Assembly: GCA_963924565.1 (NCBI GenBank)
Contig: OZ004607.1
Coordinates: forward strand, 9,114,001 to 9,178,000
Reading direction: 5' to 3'
DNA length: 64,000 nt
Origin: Ascidiella aspersa
Taxonomy: Eukaryota
This document shows, piece after piece, positions 25,101 through 37,077 of the stretch. The notes beneath the pieces are model-generated. The model had not been told where the DNA came from. It made no database searches and worked only from the letters and a program-made list of their open reading frames with translations. Both the position numbers and the translations under genes were made by a program. Numbering within the stretch: position 1 is the stretch's first letter; each line of letters starts with the position of its first letter.

Positions 25101-28083
25101 AGACTATGATACTGTCATATTTTCTATTTTATAGCTTTTAAGTACCTTTAAACATTTTTAACAACACAGTTATGTCAGTTATACGCAAACTTAACTAATT
25201 CCAAGTATTATTTAATGCTTAAGACTTGGTCAGCTCCTTGAGTTGATTGATGAAAATGATGCGGCAGAAGAGTCCAACTCATGCGCATTTGAAAACTTTT
25301 CGTTTGAAGAAAACGCAGAGGATAGCAGCCTCATAACAAACAGACTGAAAGGCGACAAAATAGAACTAGAAAGCATCCCAGAAGAACCAAAGACCTATTT
25401 TGACATTAGTAGTGTAAGTTAAAGATATTAATATATATGATGCTAAATCTTTATATACAGGTGTGTACAACTTTAGTCTAGCCAAGTACTCCAGTGGCAC
25501 TTTTAATAATGAGACAATCCCTTTTCTATTGTTTGCCTTGCATATATAGTCTATTACTGATTTACAAATATTGTAGTTGTGCCGCCAAATTGTTTTGCTC
25601 TGTTAGTGTGCACAAGTGAAAAAAAGGTTGCAGGGAACTGGTTAAGCCCATTATCTGTAGTTTTAAAAGTGGGATTTAACATGCCTAAAGTGATACAAAT
25701 GCTTTCATTAAACTGCTGATGCCACTTGAAATGTCTTGTATCTTTAGTTGTTTCCTGTTTTATATTTTACAATGTTGTTCAGCTGACATATACCACACCG
25801 GACGGTCGTTTCACATTGGCAAACAACCTGAGCTTTTCATTGAGTTCTGGTCAAAATGTTCTGCTGACTGGTGCTACTGGTTGTGGGAAAACTTCACTTT
25901 TACGCGTTCTCGCCCAAATTTGGACAGCAGAAAAAGGCACTGTTGAACAGTTTGTGCAATATGGTGCAAGGGGTGTTATGTTCCTTCCACAGACACCTCT
26001 CATGACAGATGGGACCTTATTTGATCAGGTAAGAAAGTCATAAAACTTAAAGATTGTAAATTAATCTTCATTAAGAAAGTATTTAAATTTTAAATTACGG
26101 GCAGGGCAACAAATTGAGCTCATATGAACTGTTGAAGTAGCTTGGTTAAAATTGTGATTTGTAAGGTTAAGGTTAAAAAGTACCTCAAACTTATGTTAGG
26201 GAAACAGGTTTGCATGGCTAAAAATAAATCTTTGTATTTTTAAGTAGTTGATAATTTCTATACTTCAGTTTTGAAAACCACTATTGTGGTCTGTTTAGCT
26301 AAAATGGTGCTCTCTTTCAGATTGTGTATCCTCGCATCACAAGCTATCCAGAGTTTGAAGGCGACAAAAATGACAAAAGAGTCCAAAGCATAATTGAAGA
26401 AGTCGGCCTGAAAGACCTCGTGGAAAACAATGGAGGGCTGCATGGAAAGTTGGTATTTTGTAAAGAAAATAACTTCAGTGAACCACGTGCAAACTCCTTT
26501 CTGAGCCTGAACAAATTGTTTATGTTATTATAACAAATGTTTCAGAATACTGATACTAATTGGAACTTATCAAAATAAATAATTAGGATCCTAAATTAAT
26601 ATCAACATATGAGTTGCATGGCTGTAAACATTTTATGATAGGTTTATATCATAACATTAAGACCAAAAAATACACAAAACTATTAAACAACAACAAGTTT
26701 TTCACCAACATATTGTACAATAAAATCTAGCAATGCATGGCCCTTTTATTTTGGGGCACTTTTTGCAATTCTGGCTCTGGTTTTATTAGTACTTCACAAA
26801 ATCTAAATCCTACTCACAAAATATTTTTTTAAACCAGCACAGAGTTAGATTGGAGCAATAAACTCTCGGTCGGAGAAATGCAACGCCTTTCTTTTGCCCG
26901 ACTCTTTTACCATCATCCTGATATTGCAGGTATGTAATGAGTTCCACTTTGCAAAAACTAGAAGTGTAAACTCTGTTGAGCAAGCAATGTAAGAATCTTT
27001 GTCAAGTACTTATTGCTTAGCGCCCAATTCTAAATTAAAAGCTTTGATGAATAAACCAAATAAACACATTTTTTGCGCTTTGTACGAACTTCATATTCAG
27101 TAATACACCTGATGGTTCTTGCTAAATTACATAACTTGGTGACGTCATCCCTGAAAAATGACACAATTACAAATTAAAGTTGGCGGCCTTATCAGTTTCA
27201 AGAATTGGTACTGCGCACATCGGACTCGGGACTCTGGTACTTTTATGTGGTCTTACTCAAGTCCGACTCTAGCAATACAAAATGACTCCGCGGAGTCCTG
27301 AGTGCCCAGCCCTGGTTTGCATCACTGTACCTAACAGCATATTTTTTATGATTGAATGCTTGTTAAACTAAATATAAATTTCTATTTCACCTAAAAATCT
27401 TATTTTTACCTTTTAACATGTTTTTGTAGTGCTATTAATATCTTTTTTTTTACATAATTTATTCTTTAATTTTGTTTTTCTGGTTTTTATGCTTCACAGC
27501 AGTAGGATTTAGCTATGTATGTTTATGTTAATTACTGCCATCTAAAATAGACAGAGGTTTAAAACGGCATTGGGTAATAGGGCACTCTGAATATAAACTT
27601 ATGAAGCTAATATTCATATATTTTCAAGTTAAAATTTACAAACTGTATTTTATTTATAAAACATAATTTATTTATAGGTCAAAAAATGTAATATGTCTAA
27701 TTAGTTGTTTAATTTGATTTTCCCTTCATACAACTTTTGCAAATATCTAATAGTTATGGACGAACCAACAAGTGGCCTTAGCAAAACCACCGAAGACCAA
27801 ATGTTTTTGTCTTGTATGAGCAGAAAAATTACATGCTTAACAGTTGCACACGGAATCAACCTACGCAAGGTAAGCATTTATTCTTTTTTACACACATTTG
27901 TAAATGAAGCAATCTTTAGAACAACTTTCCTTTAAAAATATGTTTTGTCATTTTAAATGTTTCTTGACATATATTCCAAATACCTTTGCATGTTGTAATT
28001 TTTTTGTGTGTTTCTCATAGCACCACGACAGAGAACTTCGCTTACTGGGGAATGGAGAATGGACATTTTCCACATTGTTGTAA
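22120..28083 (+). CDS. ABCD4: ABC transporter D4 (lysosomal cobalamin exporter)
   Basis: Exons 22120-22246, 22722-22849, 23059-23198, 23961-24203, 24429-24696, 24936-25027, 25224-25413, 25783-26028, 26321-26448, 26838-26929, 27754-27869, 28021-28083. Motifs: DQRITQDV, EAMAFY, FDYIGGILSYLVIAIPIF, Walker A GATGCGKTS, signature LSVGEMQRLSFARLFY, Walker B VMDEPTS. Confidence 0.95.
23316..23833. mobile_element. Charlie/Buster-like hAT deletion derivative
   Basis: TIRs CAGTGGTTCTTAACC / GGTTGAGAACCACTG; perfect TSD gtatagag; internal degenerate segment near 23570-23655 resembles a Charlie-type transposase C-terminus. Confidence 0.88.
27160..27314. mobile_element. Fragment of GGACTCGG-repeat MITE family
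   Basis: ggactcgggactc motifs ending in cagccctg; related to 45179-45586. Confidence 0.55.
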
Positions 28084-28592
28084 TGCTATTTATACCTTGC
28101 CTCATTTAATCGTGCCAAACTTCTTGTTTGAGATTTATTGCAATAAGTTTTTACAATTATTATGTATCATTATGCGACATAATAAGCTTTTTGAGTATGA
28201 CAAGTTGTCAGGTTTTCATGACAGTTTCACAGCAGAGGTAATCTTTAGTATTCACCTAAAATCAAGTTTCGTTTGACAATAATCTTAAGAATAAAAGAGA
28301 TATTCAGGTTAAACATACAAATGGCATTGTTCACATTTAGGCTAAATTGAATAAGCAATCGCCATATGGCCAAAGTGAAATGTGTGAAGGTTTATGTTAA
28401 ACTGCAATACAGTGAGTGGGTTTGTATCCAGTTGGAATAATATGTATTCAGGAGAGAAACATGTTAATCAAGATGCTATCGCCACATTACAACACTTTTC
28501 TCTTTGTTTAATTTCTGCAAAATAGCAGAAGAAAGCAAACAATTTCACTATGGTTTATTAAGGGTAATAAAATGGGAGTTATATGCATACTC

Positions 28593-30386
28593 TCAGTCTA
28601 TTTCTGCTAACATCTTTTTTGCAACAGAAGATCTAAAAAAACGTACAACTTTTTCGCTTGCCGTTTTGGCAGCGCTTAAGCATTGGCTGTATTGCTCGCT
28701 GTCCATTGGGCCCTTGGCATAAGTGGAAATCAGGTTTGACTTGACACTGTCAAACACAAATGTTAAGTTGGCAACAGCAGTTGCTTCTTCTTCCTGTGAA
28801 GGGTTGAATACTATTTTCAAGTTGTCAGCTGGTGATTCAGTTTCCATTTCGTCATGTTCATTGAGTGGTGTTATAAGCGCAATAGAAATGGCGACTGGCA
28901 TAAAACTCATGCTTATTCCAGCGTCCTGTAACACAAATGACAATAAAGCTTGGCAGGTAGGTATTTTAGAATTATTTTTCATGAAATTTTTTTACCATAC
29001 CTGTAATGCCATGCTGACTCCATTTAATGCACATGACAAAAGCTATACAAACACATGTTAAGAAAGTTGTCACTGTTAAACAGTTATCCAGTAAAAATGT
29101 TGGACTGTAAAATGAATACTTTACCACTTACATTTTGCTGTATACAATGAAATTTATCAATATAATATAAAAAAACAATATTTTTTTAAATGAAAATGCA
29201 AGGCTTGATTTTGGTTGACTTTATTAATCAAAGTAATATCTCTCTTGGGTTCTTGGCAAAAAATGTGTACTTAGTATATATATCTGAGGTTAGGCTCAAC
29301 TGAAATATTTCACATCAGAAGAAGTTAAAATCAACCTGCAAAAGGATACAGATCCCCGGTCTTGCATTACTTGCACAATGACCGAGAACAAAGTTCTAGG
29401 ATGTAAACTTCTCTGTATGCAAGCTTCACAAATTCCCTTAACAAACTGTTCATTGTATTTTTCGGCTACTCCTGGAATCCCAATTTTCGGCCGAAAGTTG
29501 ACATCAACAATAGCTTGCTTTATGTCTTGTTTTGCCTCTTTGCAATCTGCTGGCCCGTATACTCCTGCCAGGACAATTGTTTCACCTTGAAAAATTATGG
29601 ATGTATATTAAAACCAAAACATATGAACAACATCAAGTCAGGGTAAAATTTTATGGTAAAAAATGTACCCCATGCAGGAAAGTAAATGTGACAATGACTC
29701 GCATTTCACACACAAACAAGCAACCAGGGTAAAGTAATCATTTCTGTTTAAAAATTGGTTTAGCCGAAATACAGTACCAAAGCCAGAAAAAAAATGAAAA
29801 AAAAAAAAAAAAATGAATATTTGTCTTAGCTTATTCAATTTTTAGGAGAGAACTGGTTAAAAAGATTTCATCATAAAACAAAAGATAGTTTTGGAGGTGA
29901 AAGGTTTATTACCAGCTTTAAAATGAGTTTTATTATTAAATTGCCTATCAATCTCCTAATTTTGCAATAACAATTTGCAAAACACATGCCAAGTGACAAA
30001 AACCAAACCGTTTTAAAAAAAGTGGTGCCAGTCTACAGTACTACCACAGTGCATATTATTTGGGTTAATGTTTGGGTGGCTTAAGCAATATTATTAAATA
30101 GTAAATATAATAATACTTGACTCAATCCAAACGCTAACTCAAATAATATGTGTTGATTTATCAACTATTTTAACGCTATGGTAGGATTCTTGTCTTGCGT
30201 CAAAAAAATTATATATTTTAATCTGGAAACAACTGTTTGTTAAACTCATGCACATGTATTTAGTACTTCTTAACTTATAAAGATTGTAAAGTACAGCCTA
30301 CAATTACCTTCAGAATACATTGCAGAACCATCAGTATTTTTTAAAACATTTTGTTCACATTTCATTTCTTTAATTGTTGACTCCAT
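28593..30386 (-). CDS. EXOSC5: Exosome complex component RRP46
   Basis: Exons 30386-30308, 29585-29350, 29042-29001, 28925-28593. RNase PH-like motifs DGSA, LAGVYGPAD, FRPKIG, LHPRT, QVMQDRGSLLSCALNG..ALQDAGISM. Confidence 0.92.
29043..29349 (-). other. U12-type (minor spliceosome) GT-AG intron in EXOSC5
   Basis: 5' splice site GTATCCTTTT; branch sequence TTTCTTAAC at 29065-29057 close to the AG; splicing here restores DRGS|LLSCALN. Confidence 0.88.
30024..30201. mobile_element. Degenerate GGCGCTGG-TIR MITE
   Basis: Degenerate TIRs, tttgggttaa core, TSD aaaaaagt / aaaaaaat. Confidence 0.6.
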
Positions 30387-30918
30387 TTTCTTTCCAATGT
30401 ATTTCTAATAAATTAAAGTTTGCTAATTGTATTACGCTTCTGGCATCTAAAGGTTATATGCTTTATACAAAAGTTCTTTCCTAAAACTTTTTAATTAAGT
30501 GTTTTATCATAGAATATGGTTTTATAATCTTACACGTTCTGCAGTACTCTTCTCTTAGGGACTTTCCCAATAAAGAAACTTAGCTGTATATCTTTTTCAT
30601 TAAAAACTCGTTTATGAATTAAAAAAGAGTGGTTATAACTTGTAACAAGCTGACTCGATATTATTGAATGCAACCATTGCACTGATAGCATAACCAACTT
30701 ATCTATATGGTGAAAATTCACCAACAACTTGTTAGCAAAACTAATCACGTGATCAACAATTATTATTTTTTGATGTTTTGATTTTGAACACATTTGTAAA
30801 CGTACCTCTGCTCTAATATTATAGGATGTTTTTTTGCTTTAATACAGTTTAGTTAATACGTAAAAGCAGGTTAATTCCTTAACGTTGAAACCAAACAACC
30901 CAGTCGCATTGCGGAAAC
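30387..30918. promoter_or_regulatory. Probable bidirectional promoter region EXOSC5/SCLY
   Basis: Head-to-head ATGs only about 530 bp apart. Confidence 0.55.
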
Positions 30919-33106
30919 ATGGATCAGGATAAAAACGGCATGTAAGTTGTCTACTCCAATCGATTTTCTTATGCAACACTAACATTTTAATGTATTTTTG
31001 TCACTACGATTTGATAAAAATGAAATTTCATCCACTAAAGTTCAGTTTTGGTATTTATGTTAAACCTACCACTATTTTTTTATTTTACGTCTAACTTGTT
31101 CTAATTTGAAGAGTCTACCTTGATTCCAATGCAACAACCCCTCTTGCACCGGAAGTAATCTCAAGTGTAACAAAAGCTTTGTCTGAAGCATGGGGAAATC
31201 CAAGTAGCACATACCCTTCTGGTAAATTACTGAACAGCATCACCTGCTAGTGGATACCTATTGTTTCATATTAATTATGTATGTGTAAAAGCACCATCAC
31301 AACTGTATTTGTACTATGTTACTACTGAACATTCCTATTTGTTTGCTTGTGCTAAAACGTATTTTTGCAACATGTGTTTTGTTTTTGTTTTAAATCCCTT
31401 TTCTACAATTCAAACATGTATTTGTGCACTACTATTTCATGTATTTTCTGCACTACTATTTCAATGAATTCAAAGTGTTTTATATATTAGTACAATAAAT
31501 ACAATTTAAACAAAATAGGTTCCAAAGCTAAACATCTTATTCAACAAGCAAGAAGAGACTTGTCAAAGTGCATAAATGCACCAACCGAGTCGGACACGAT
31601 TTTTACATCTGGTGGTACGGAAGCAAACAACTGGGTAATTCATTCGGCAATCAACTACCATACTTGTAAGCTGGCTGGTGGCGATAGCACTCCAAGTCCA
31701 AAACCACATGTTGTTACAACCACTGTTGAACACCCCTCAGTGTTGATGCCTTTGATACAATTAGAAAAATCAGGAAAAATAGGTGGGTGAACTAGAACAG
31801 CCCTTTTAACTGTTGAACTGTACTCTTCACATCATGTAGATTTTGTTGATATATATAACCCTTCTTTTTATTTATGTTAGACAGAGCACTATTATCGTAA
31901 TCATGCAAAAATGTTTACAATCAACGACAACCTAACACTTTCATACCCAATCTGTAGATGTGACAAGAGTAGGTATTGACAAAGAATCTGGAAACATTTT
32001 GCCATCTGCAATCGTCGAGGCAATTAATTCTCACACAATCCTCGTAACAGTGATGATGGCCAACAACGAAACAGGAACCATTTTGGTAAAAGTTTAATGT
32101 AAGTTAAAATATTTATAAATCTATGTTTAATGTAATGCTTTTCTTTTTGTGACACAGCCAATTAAGGAAATTGGAAAGCAAGTCAGATTAAAAGAGAAAG
32201 AGATTAGACACCGTATATTTTTCCACACTGATGCAGCCCAAGCAATTGGTAAAGTTGCAGTTGATTGTATTGATCTGGATGTTGATTTTGTTACAATAGT
32301 CGGCCATAAGGTTGGTTTTTAATCATGCAAACTTTATAATTAAACCATCAAATTGTACTGGTATATATTTGCTACCTAGGCATTTGTTTTTCAGTTCTAT
32401 GGACCAAGGATAGGGGCACTGTACATTAAAGATTTGGAGAAGCAAAGAGATCTATACACCCCTTTTATATGGGGTGGGGGTCAAGAAACAGGTTGGAGAT
32501 CTGGAACTGAAAACACCCCCATGATTGTGGGCCTAGGTACAGCGGCAAAGCTAGCACATGAAAATCTGAAAGAATATTGTAAAACAATGCAAGAAACTAG
32601 GGACCACCTTAAAATTAGACTTCTGGTAGGTAGTAATATTTTTGTGGAACTATCAAATTGTATGCCTACTGTTGTTTGTATTGCAAATGCAGGAAAGTTT
32701 TGGAAAGGACAATCTACAATTTAATTGCAAATCAACCAATCAACTGCCCAATACATGCAATTTTTCTTTTTTAGGGCAAGGATTGGAAGGTAATAAAATT
32801 AAACTTTAATAAGAAAATGTTTTCCAATTGTTTCATGAACCACAGACCCCTTAAAAATGTTTTTCAGGTTATAAAATAGTGAGTGCCTCGAAAGGATTTT
32901 GCTGCAGCACTGGGTCTGCTTGTCACGCTGACAAATGCCAGCCTTCTCAAGTCTTACTAAATTTTCACATCCAAGATGATGTTGCAGCTAATGCATTAAG
33001 AATATCTACAGGACGTTCGACAACCAAACATGATATTGAACAGGTTGTTAAAGAACTTGAGCAAATAGTGGCACAACTAAAAGCTACCAAAGGCAACCAA
33101 ATATAA
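30919..33106 (+). CDS. SCLY: Selenocysteine lyase (PLP-dependent, NifS-like class V aminotransferase)
   Basis: Exons 30919-30941, 31112-31221, 31519-31782, 31958-32085, 32158-32310, 32395-32625, 32693-32789, 32868-33106. Motifs: [70 protein letters not shown]. No mitochondrial presequence, unlike NFS1. Confidence 0.9.
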
Positions 33107-33365
33107 TACTTTGAAATGACAGTGGTGATCAACATACCTTATAGTAAATTGTTTTTTATCTTACCATAATTAAGTGCAATAAAACCAAACAAATGAACAA
33201 ATCTTTTGACTTTATTAGCATAGAAAGCTAAAAAGTAGTTGGTCTTACATAGCCAAACTGTGTGTCACGATAAGAAAGCCTGAAAAGGTATAAAAAAGTC
33301 CTGGCAGACTGCCACAATGCAGTTGAACAGTTGTTTCTTGTCTTCTCCCACCAACACTTGTTTGC

Positions 33366-35374
33366 TCAGTTCTTTCCCCAGCCACCTCTGTCGTATCCTC
33401 CTCGGAAACTTGAAGGTCCTCCTCTCATTGGACCTCGACCACGCCCTCTTACCTGTAGTTTTAATTATCAGTAGTAATATCCTATTGTGCATCAGGTGGA
33501 TGTAACTTAAGAGGGACATGTATTGGAATAAAAATATGTTATTCAGCGTCTAAGACAGTGGTTCTCAAACTTTTTTGAGAGCGACCCAAATCTGAGTTCT
33601 ATGAGCATCTCACGACCCAAGCCTCAAACATCAAAATATGTACTTTTTCTCATATGCATGAAATAGAAAGCCACGTGAAAAGCTTATGATGCAATAATTC
33701 AATTATGATTGAATTGAAAATATTTTAAAAATTAAATGAAAAAAGTTCGTTTGTGCAGAATTGAATCACCTTAAGGCGGCCCATATTTTAACCCTGTGCG
33801 ACCCATGTTTGGGTCGCAACCCATACTTTGAGAACCACTGGTCTAAGATATATAAGCTTCCATTGTTAACGTTAATAGTGTTTTGGGGAACTACACGGTT
33901 TCTTAAATTTCAAAAACACGGCCTACTTCTTGGAACTATAGCAGACATACTAGTAGGATCCTAAATCAAATTGTTGTTGTCATTTAACATTTTTTAGTAG
34001 TTACCAAAGCCAAATTTTAGAAATAATTCTGGTCAGTGTGGTCATGAATACAGGTCTAAACAACAAACATTTTTTGTACAGTTGTTTAAAGAGCTGTAAA
34101 GTTTATGTTGTCAGTTTATATAACAGTTTGACTTTTCAAAAATATATTTGAAATATTAGAAAGCATCTATGAAGAGAAAAGTAAGTATCGTGCGTTTAGA
34201 ATATTACACTCATTGATTGATAAAATTACACATTTAAACATTAATATGTAAACAGTTTTCTGACCTGTGCTTTCAAAATGGCTGCTTTTCCCCTGCCGGC
34301 AATTCCTCCCTTCATTTGTCGCAACATCGGAGCATTCTTTAACATGTCGGGAAGGATCATGAAGCGGACCTGACTTCCGCGTATGTAGATGTTTTGAAGT
34401 TGGGCAGTTCTTCCATCACGATATGTCACTGTCACATCTTGCATCTTTGAAATTAGATATTAGGTAAAACATACTTCCATTAAATTGCAAGTGCACCTTG
34501 GGTGTCCTTTTAAAATTCCCGGTGCACTTTATGATTTTCCGATGCGTTCTGTATTGCAAACATTTCACAGAAACAAATGCCGTATAAGCGTTTTACATAT
34601 TTGGGGTGCAGTTTTAAAAGTCTGAAAAACACTTGTGGCTACAGTTGCCATACTTTCCACAATGGCCTATGGCATTGTAGTCCCGTCCCACTAAAGAGGC
34701 TGCCAGTATATGTTTTAATTTTGAGTTGTGTTGCACCAGTGATGTCATTTGACCTTCAATATACCTGGTATTGACAGAATTTTGGGGTGAACCTTTGGTG
34801 CCCCCAAATCAAACAATGCAGTTGGGACACATGGTGTTTGACTTGCTGTAAAACCCTAGTGACAATAAAAAAACAGCATTTCTGGTGAAAGTAGCATTTA
34901 CGAAACGAGTTGTCAAAGTTGAAATTGCATGAAAAGCTCAAATATGTATAAATATAATAATAATACTTGACCCACCTAAACCCCTGGACGAAAATGTGCT
35001 ATTATTATTATATTTATTTATACATAACTATGCCCTACATGCAATTTTAACTTTGCCAACCCGTTTTGTTGGTGTTAAATAAATGTGGTAAGATTCTAGA
35101 CCAGCGCGGCACCCCCTTATTTCTTTCTTACAAATCAAAAGGTATAGGATTTAAACCAGCACCAAAAAAGGCAGTCGAGAATTACATCAGCGCAAGCTCC
35201 GAATTTAACAGTATGAAGCGCCAGTTTAATTTTACGAGACTTTTATACCTGACTGTTCATGTTATCTTCAGCTTCGATTAACTTTCCGCGATAAACTTCG
35301 CCGGTTGCTGTTTCGCAGGTGACCACATGGCCTTCGGCTTCGTGCAGCACTTTAATTGGAACACCAATTGACAT
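33366..35374 (-). CDS. SNRPD3: Small nuclear ribonucleoprotein Sm D3
   Basis: Exons 35374-35249, 34444-34265, 33452-33366: [70 protein letters not shown]. Confidence 0.96.
33556..33840. mobile_element. Charlie-like hAT MITE
   Basis: TIRs CAGTGGTTCTCAAA / TTTGAGAACCACTG; perfect TSD gtctaaga. Confidence 0.9.
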
Positions 35375-36189
35375 GGTGGAGAATAGGGGCCAAAAACAAC
35401 TTGGCGATTGTAAAAATAACGTTAACTAAACGTTTGCAGCTTGAAGAGAAAATAAATCAGCGGATCGATTTGTTTTTGGCGTGGACCTAGTACGTCAAGA
35501 TTTCTGAAAAAAAAATACATTTTACGCACTTTTAAGATTTAATTGTTCGTAGATAAATAAACAATGAACAAAGTTTCAATAAATTGTAACGAACATTTTA
35601 ACTGCACACATCAACAAAGTTTACACTTTTTAAATTAAACAGATGTAAAACACAAAGCAAATTAACTTCTTACCAACTTGACGTAAGTTTATTTGCTATT
35701 TTTGCGCGTGTAGTTTCTGGTATCCTGTCGACTTATTTACTTTTTGTATGTAAATGTAGCCTTTGTTAAAATAAAATCTTTTTAAAGGATAGTTTTTTAG
35801 GTTATTCCGTTAAATATTGCTTTAGCGTTAAAAAGTTTAATTACCTTCATATGTTATCCTAATATATATTTTTAATTTTATATATTTTCTAGTTTGGCGC
35901 ATTTAAAATGCGTAATATTAACATTTTTATAAGGCAAATTTGCAATGACCTATCACTTGAGGCTGCGTCGTTTAGAGAGCGTAACTAGTATTTCTATCTA
36001 TGGTTAAACATTATTACTCTGTATTGCCTAATTTGACGTCACTATGCATGTGACCGTTGTCCACTGACGCGTGAGCTAGCACCGAATTGCTTGCTGTCGG
36101 CCTTTCCCTTTTGATTCTACTTAATGCTATTCTACTTAATATGTCTTATAGACTAGCGGCTTACTTCCCCGTGTTACCGTACTTTTTTG

Positions 36190-36569
36190 TAGGGCTACCA
36201 TATTTTCTGCACTTAAAAAGAGGACTTTTTTGCCGGCAAGTTGAACGGAAGTAGAATTGTTACGCTTGAGTTTGATGATGTTTTTTTCCTTGGTAGTTGC
36301 AGACAAAAAAATCAAATTTATTTTTCAGATTCAGCCCATGAATACTGCCGTTTCCTTAACTTTTGCCATCATTTTGAACTGAAATTATATACAACCGCCA
36401 AGACAGTATTTTATTTTTTGAAATAAATGCAACTTCTCGCCTAAAAGTCTTGTTGGAAGTATAAGCAACTAACTTGAAATGCGAAATTTTTGAGCGTCCT
36501 CGGAGGACCATTCACTTTTCTTGAGAAAAGAGGACAAATCTTCCTAAAAGAGGACATATGGTAGGCCTA
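36190..36569. mobile_element. hAT (Blackjack-like) MITE
   Basis: TIRs TAGGGCTACCATA / TATGGTAGGCCTA with aaaagaggac subterminal repeats; TSD is degenerate. Confidence 0.7.
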
Positions 36570-36632
36570 GATTATTGAATATATACTCAACGAGCAATAT
36601 ATAACTGAGTGAAGTGACTCTGTCTATCTAAG

Positions 36633-37009
36633 CCTGATTGCATTCCACTGCCTTCCCGCCGGAGATCTTGGGCTTGGAATGCTTGCGAAAATCACGCCAG
36701 TGACGTCATTTAGCGTGGAATAGAGCCTTTTTCGTGCTACGCCCTCGGCAGTCTGACCGGGGCGCCTTCGTGAGCAGTCGCCTTTGCTAATGCTAATACA
36801 TCGGACTGATAAACTAGTAGTCTTTGGGTAGATGTTAACCTTCTGATAGGAATCGGATATAAGGAGTCATAGGGAACTAAACATAGTCCCAATAAACATC
36901 TCATACATCCCCAAACCGCTACATATTGTTCTATTTTGGCGTAGGATTTCAACCGAAAAAAATTTTGGCGTAAATCTTTGGCGGCCACGAATTATGGAAT
37001 GCAGTCAGG
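36633..37009. mobile_element. Unclassified TIR element with 8-bp TSD
   Basis: TIRs CCTGATTGCATTCCA / TGGAATGCAGTCAGG; perfect TSD tatctaag. Confidence 0.85.
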
Positions 37010-37077
37010 TATCTAAGAGTTCATCAAGTTAGGGACAGGTAGCCTATTTCATCGATGAGGACTGTATTGGTGACAAG

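Noticed and set aside
30875-30883. Perfect U12 branch motif TTCCTTAAC upstream of the SCLY ATG
   Set aside because: No convincing RTATCCTT donor upstream on the plus strand; likely chance in AT-rich DNA.
30919-33106. Assignment as NFS1 or as a selenoprotein
   Set aside because: No mitochondrial presequence or NFS1-type C-terminus, SCLY-type motifs are present, and there is no in-frame TGA.
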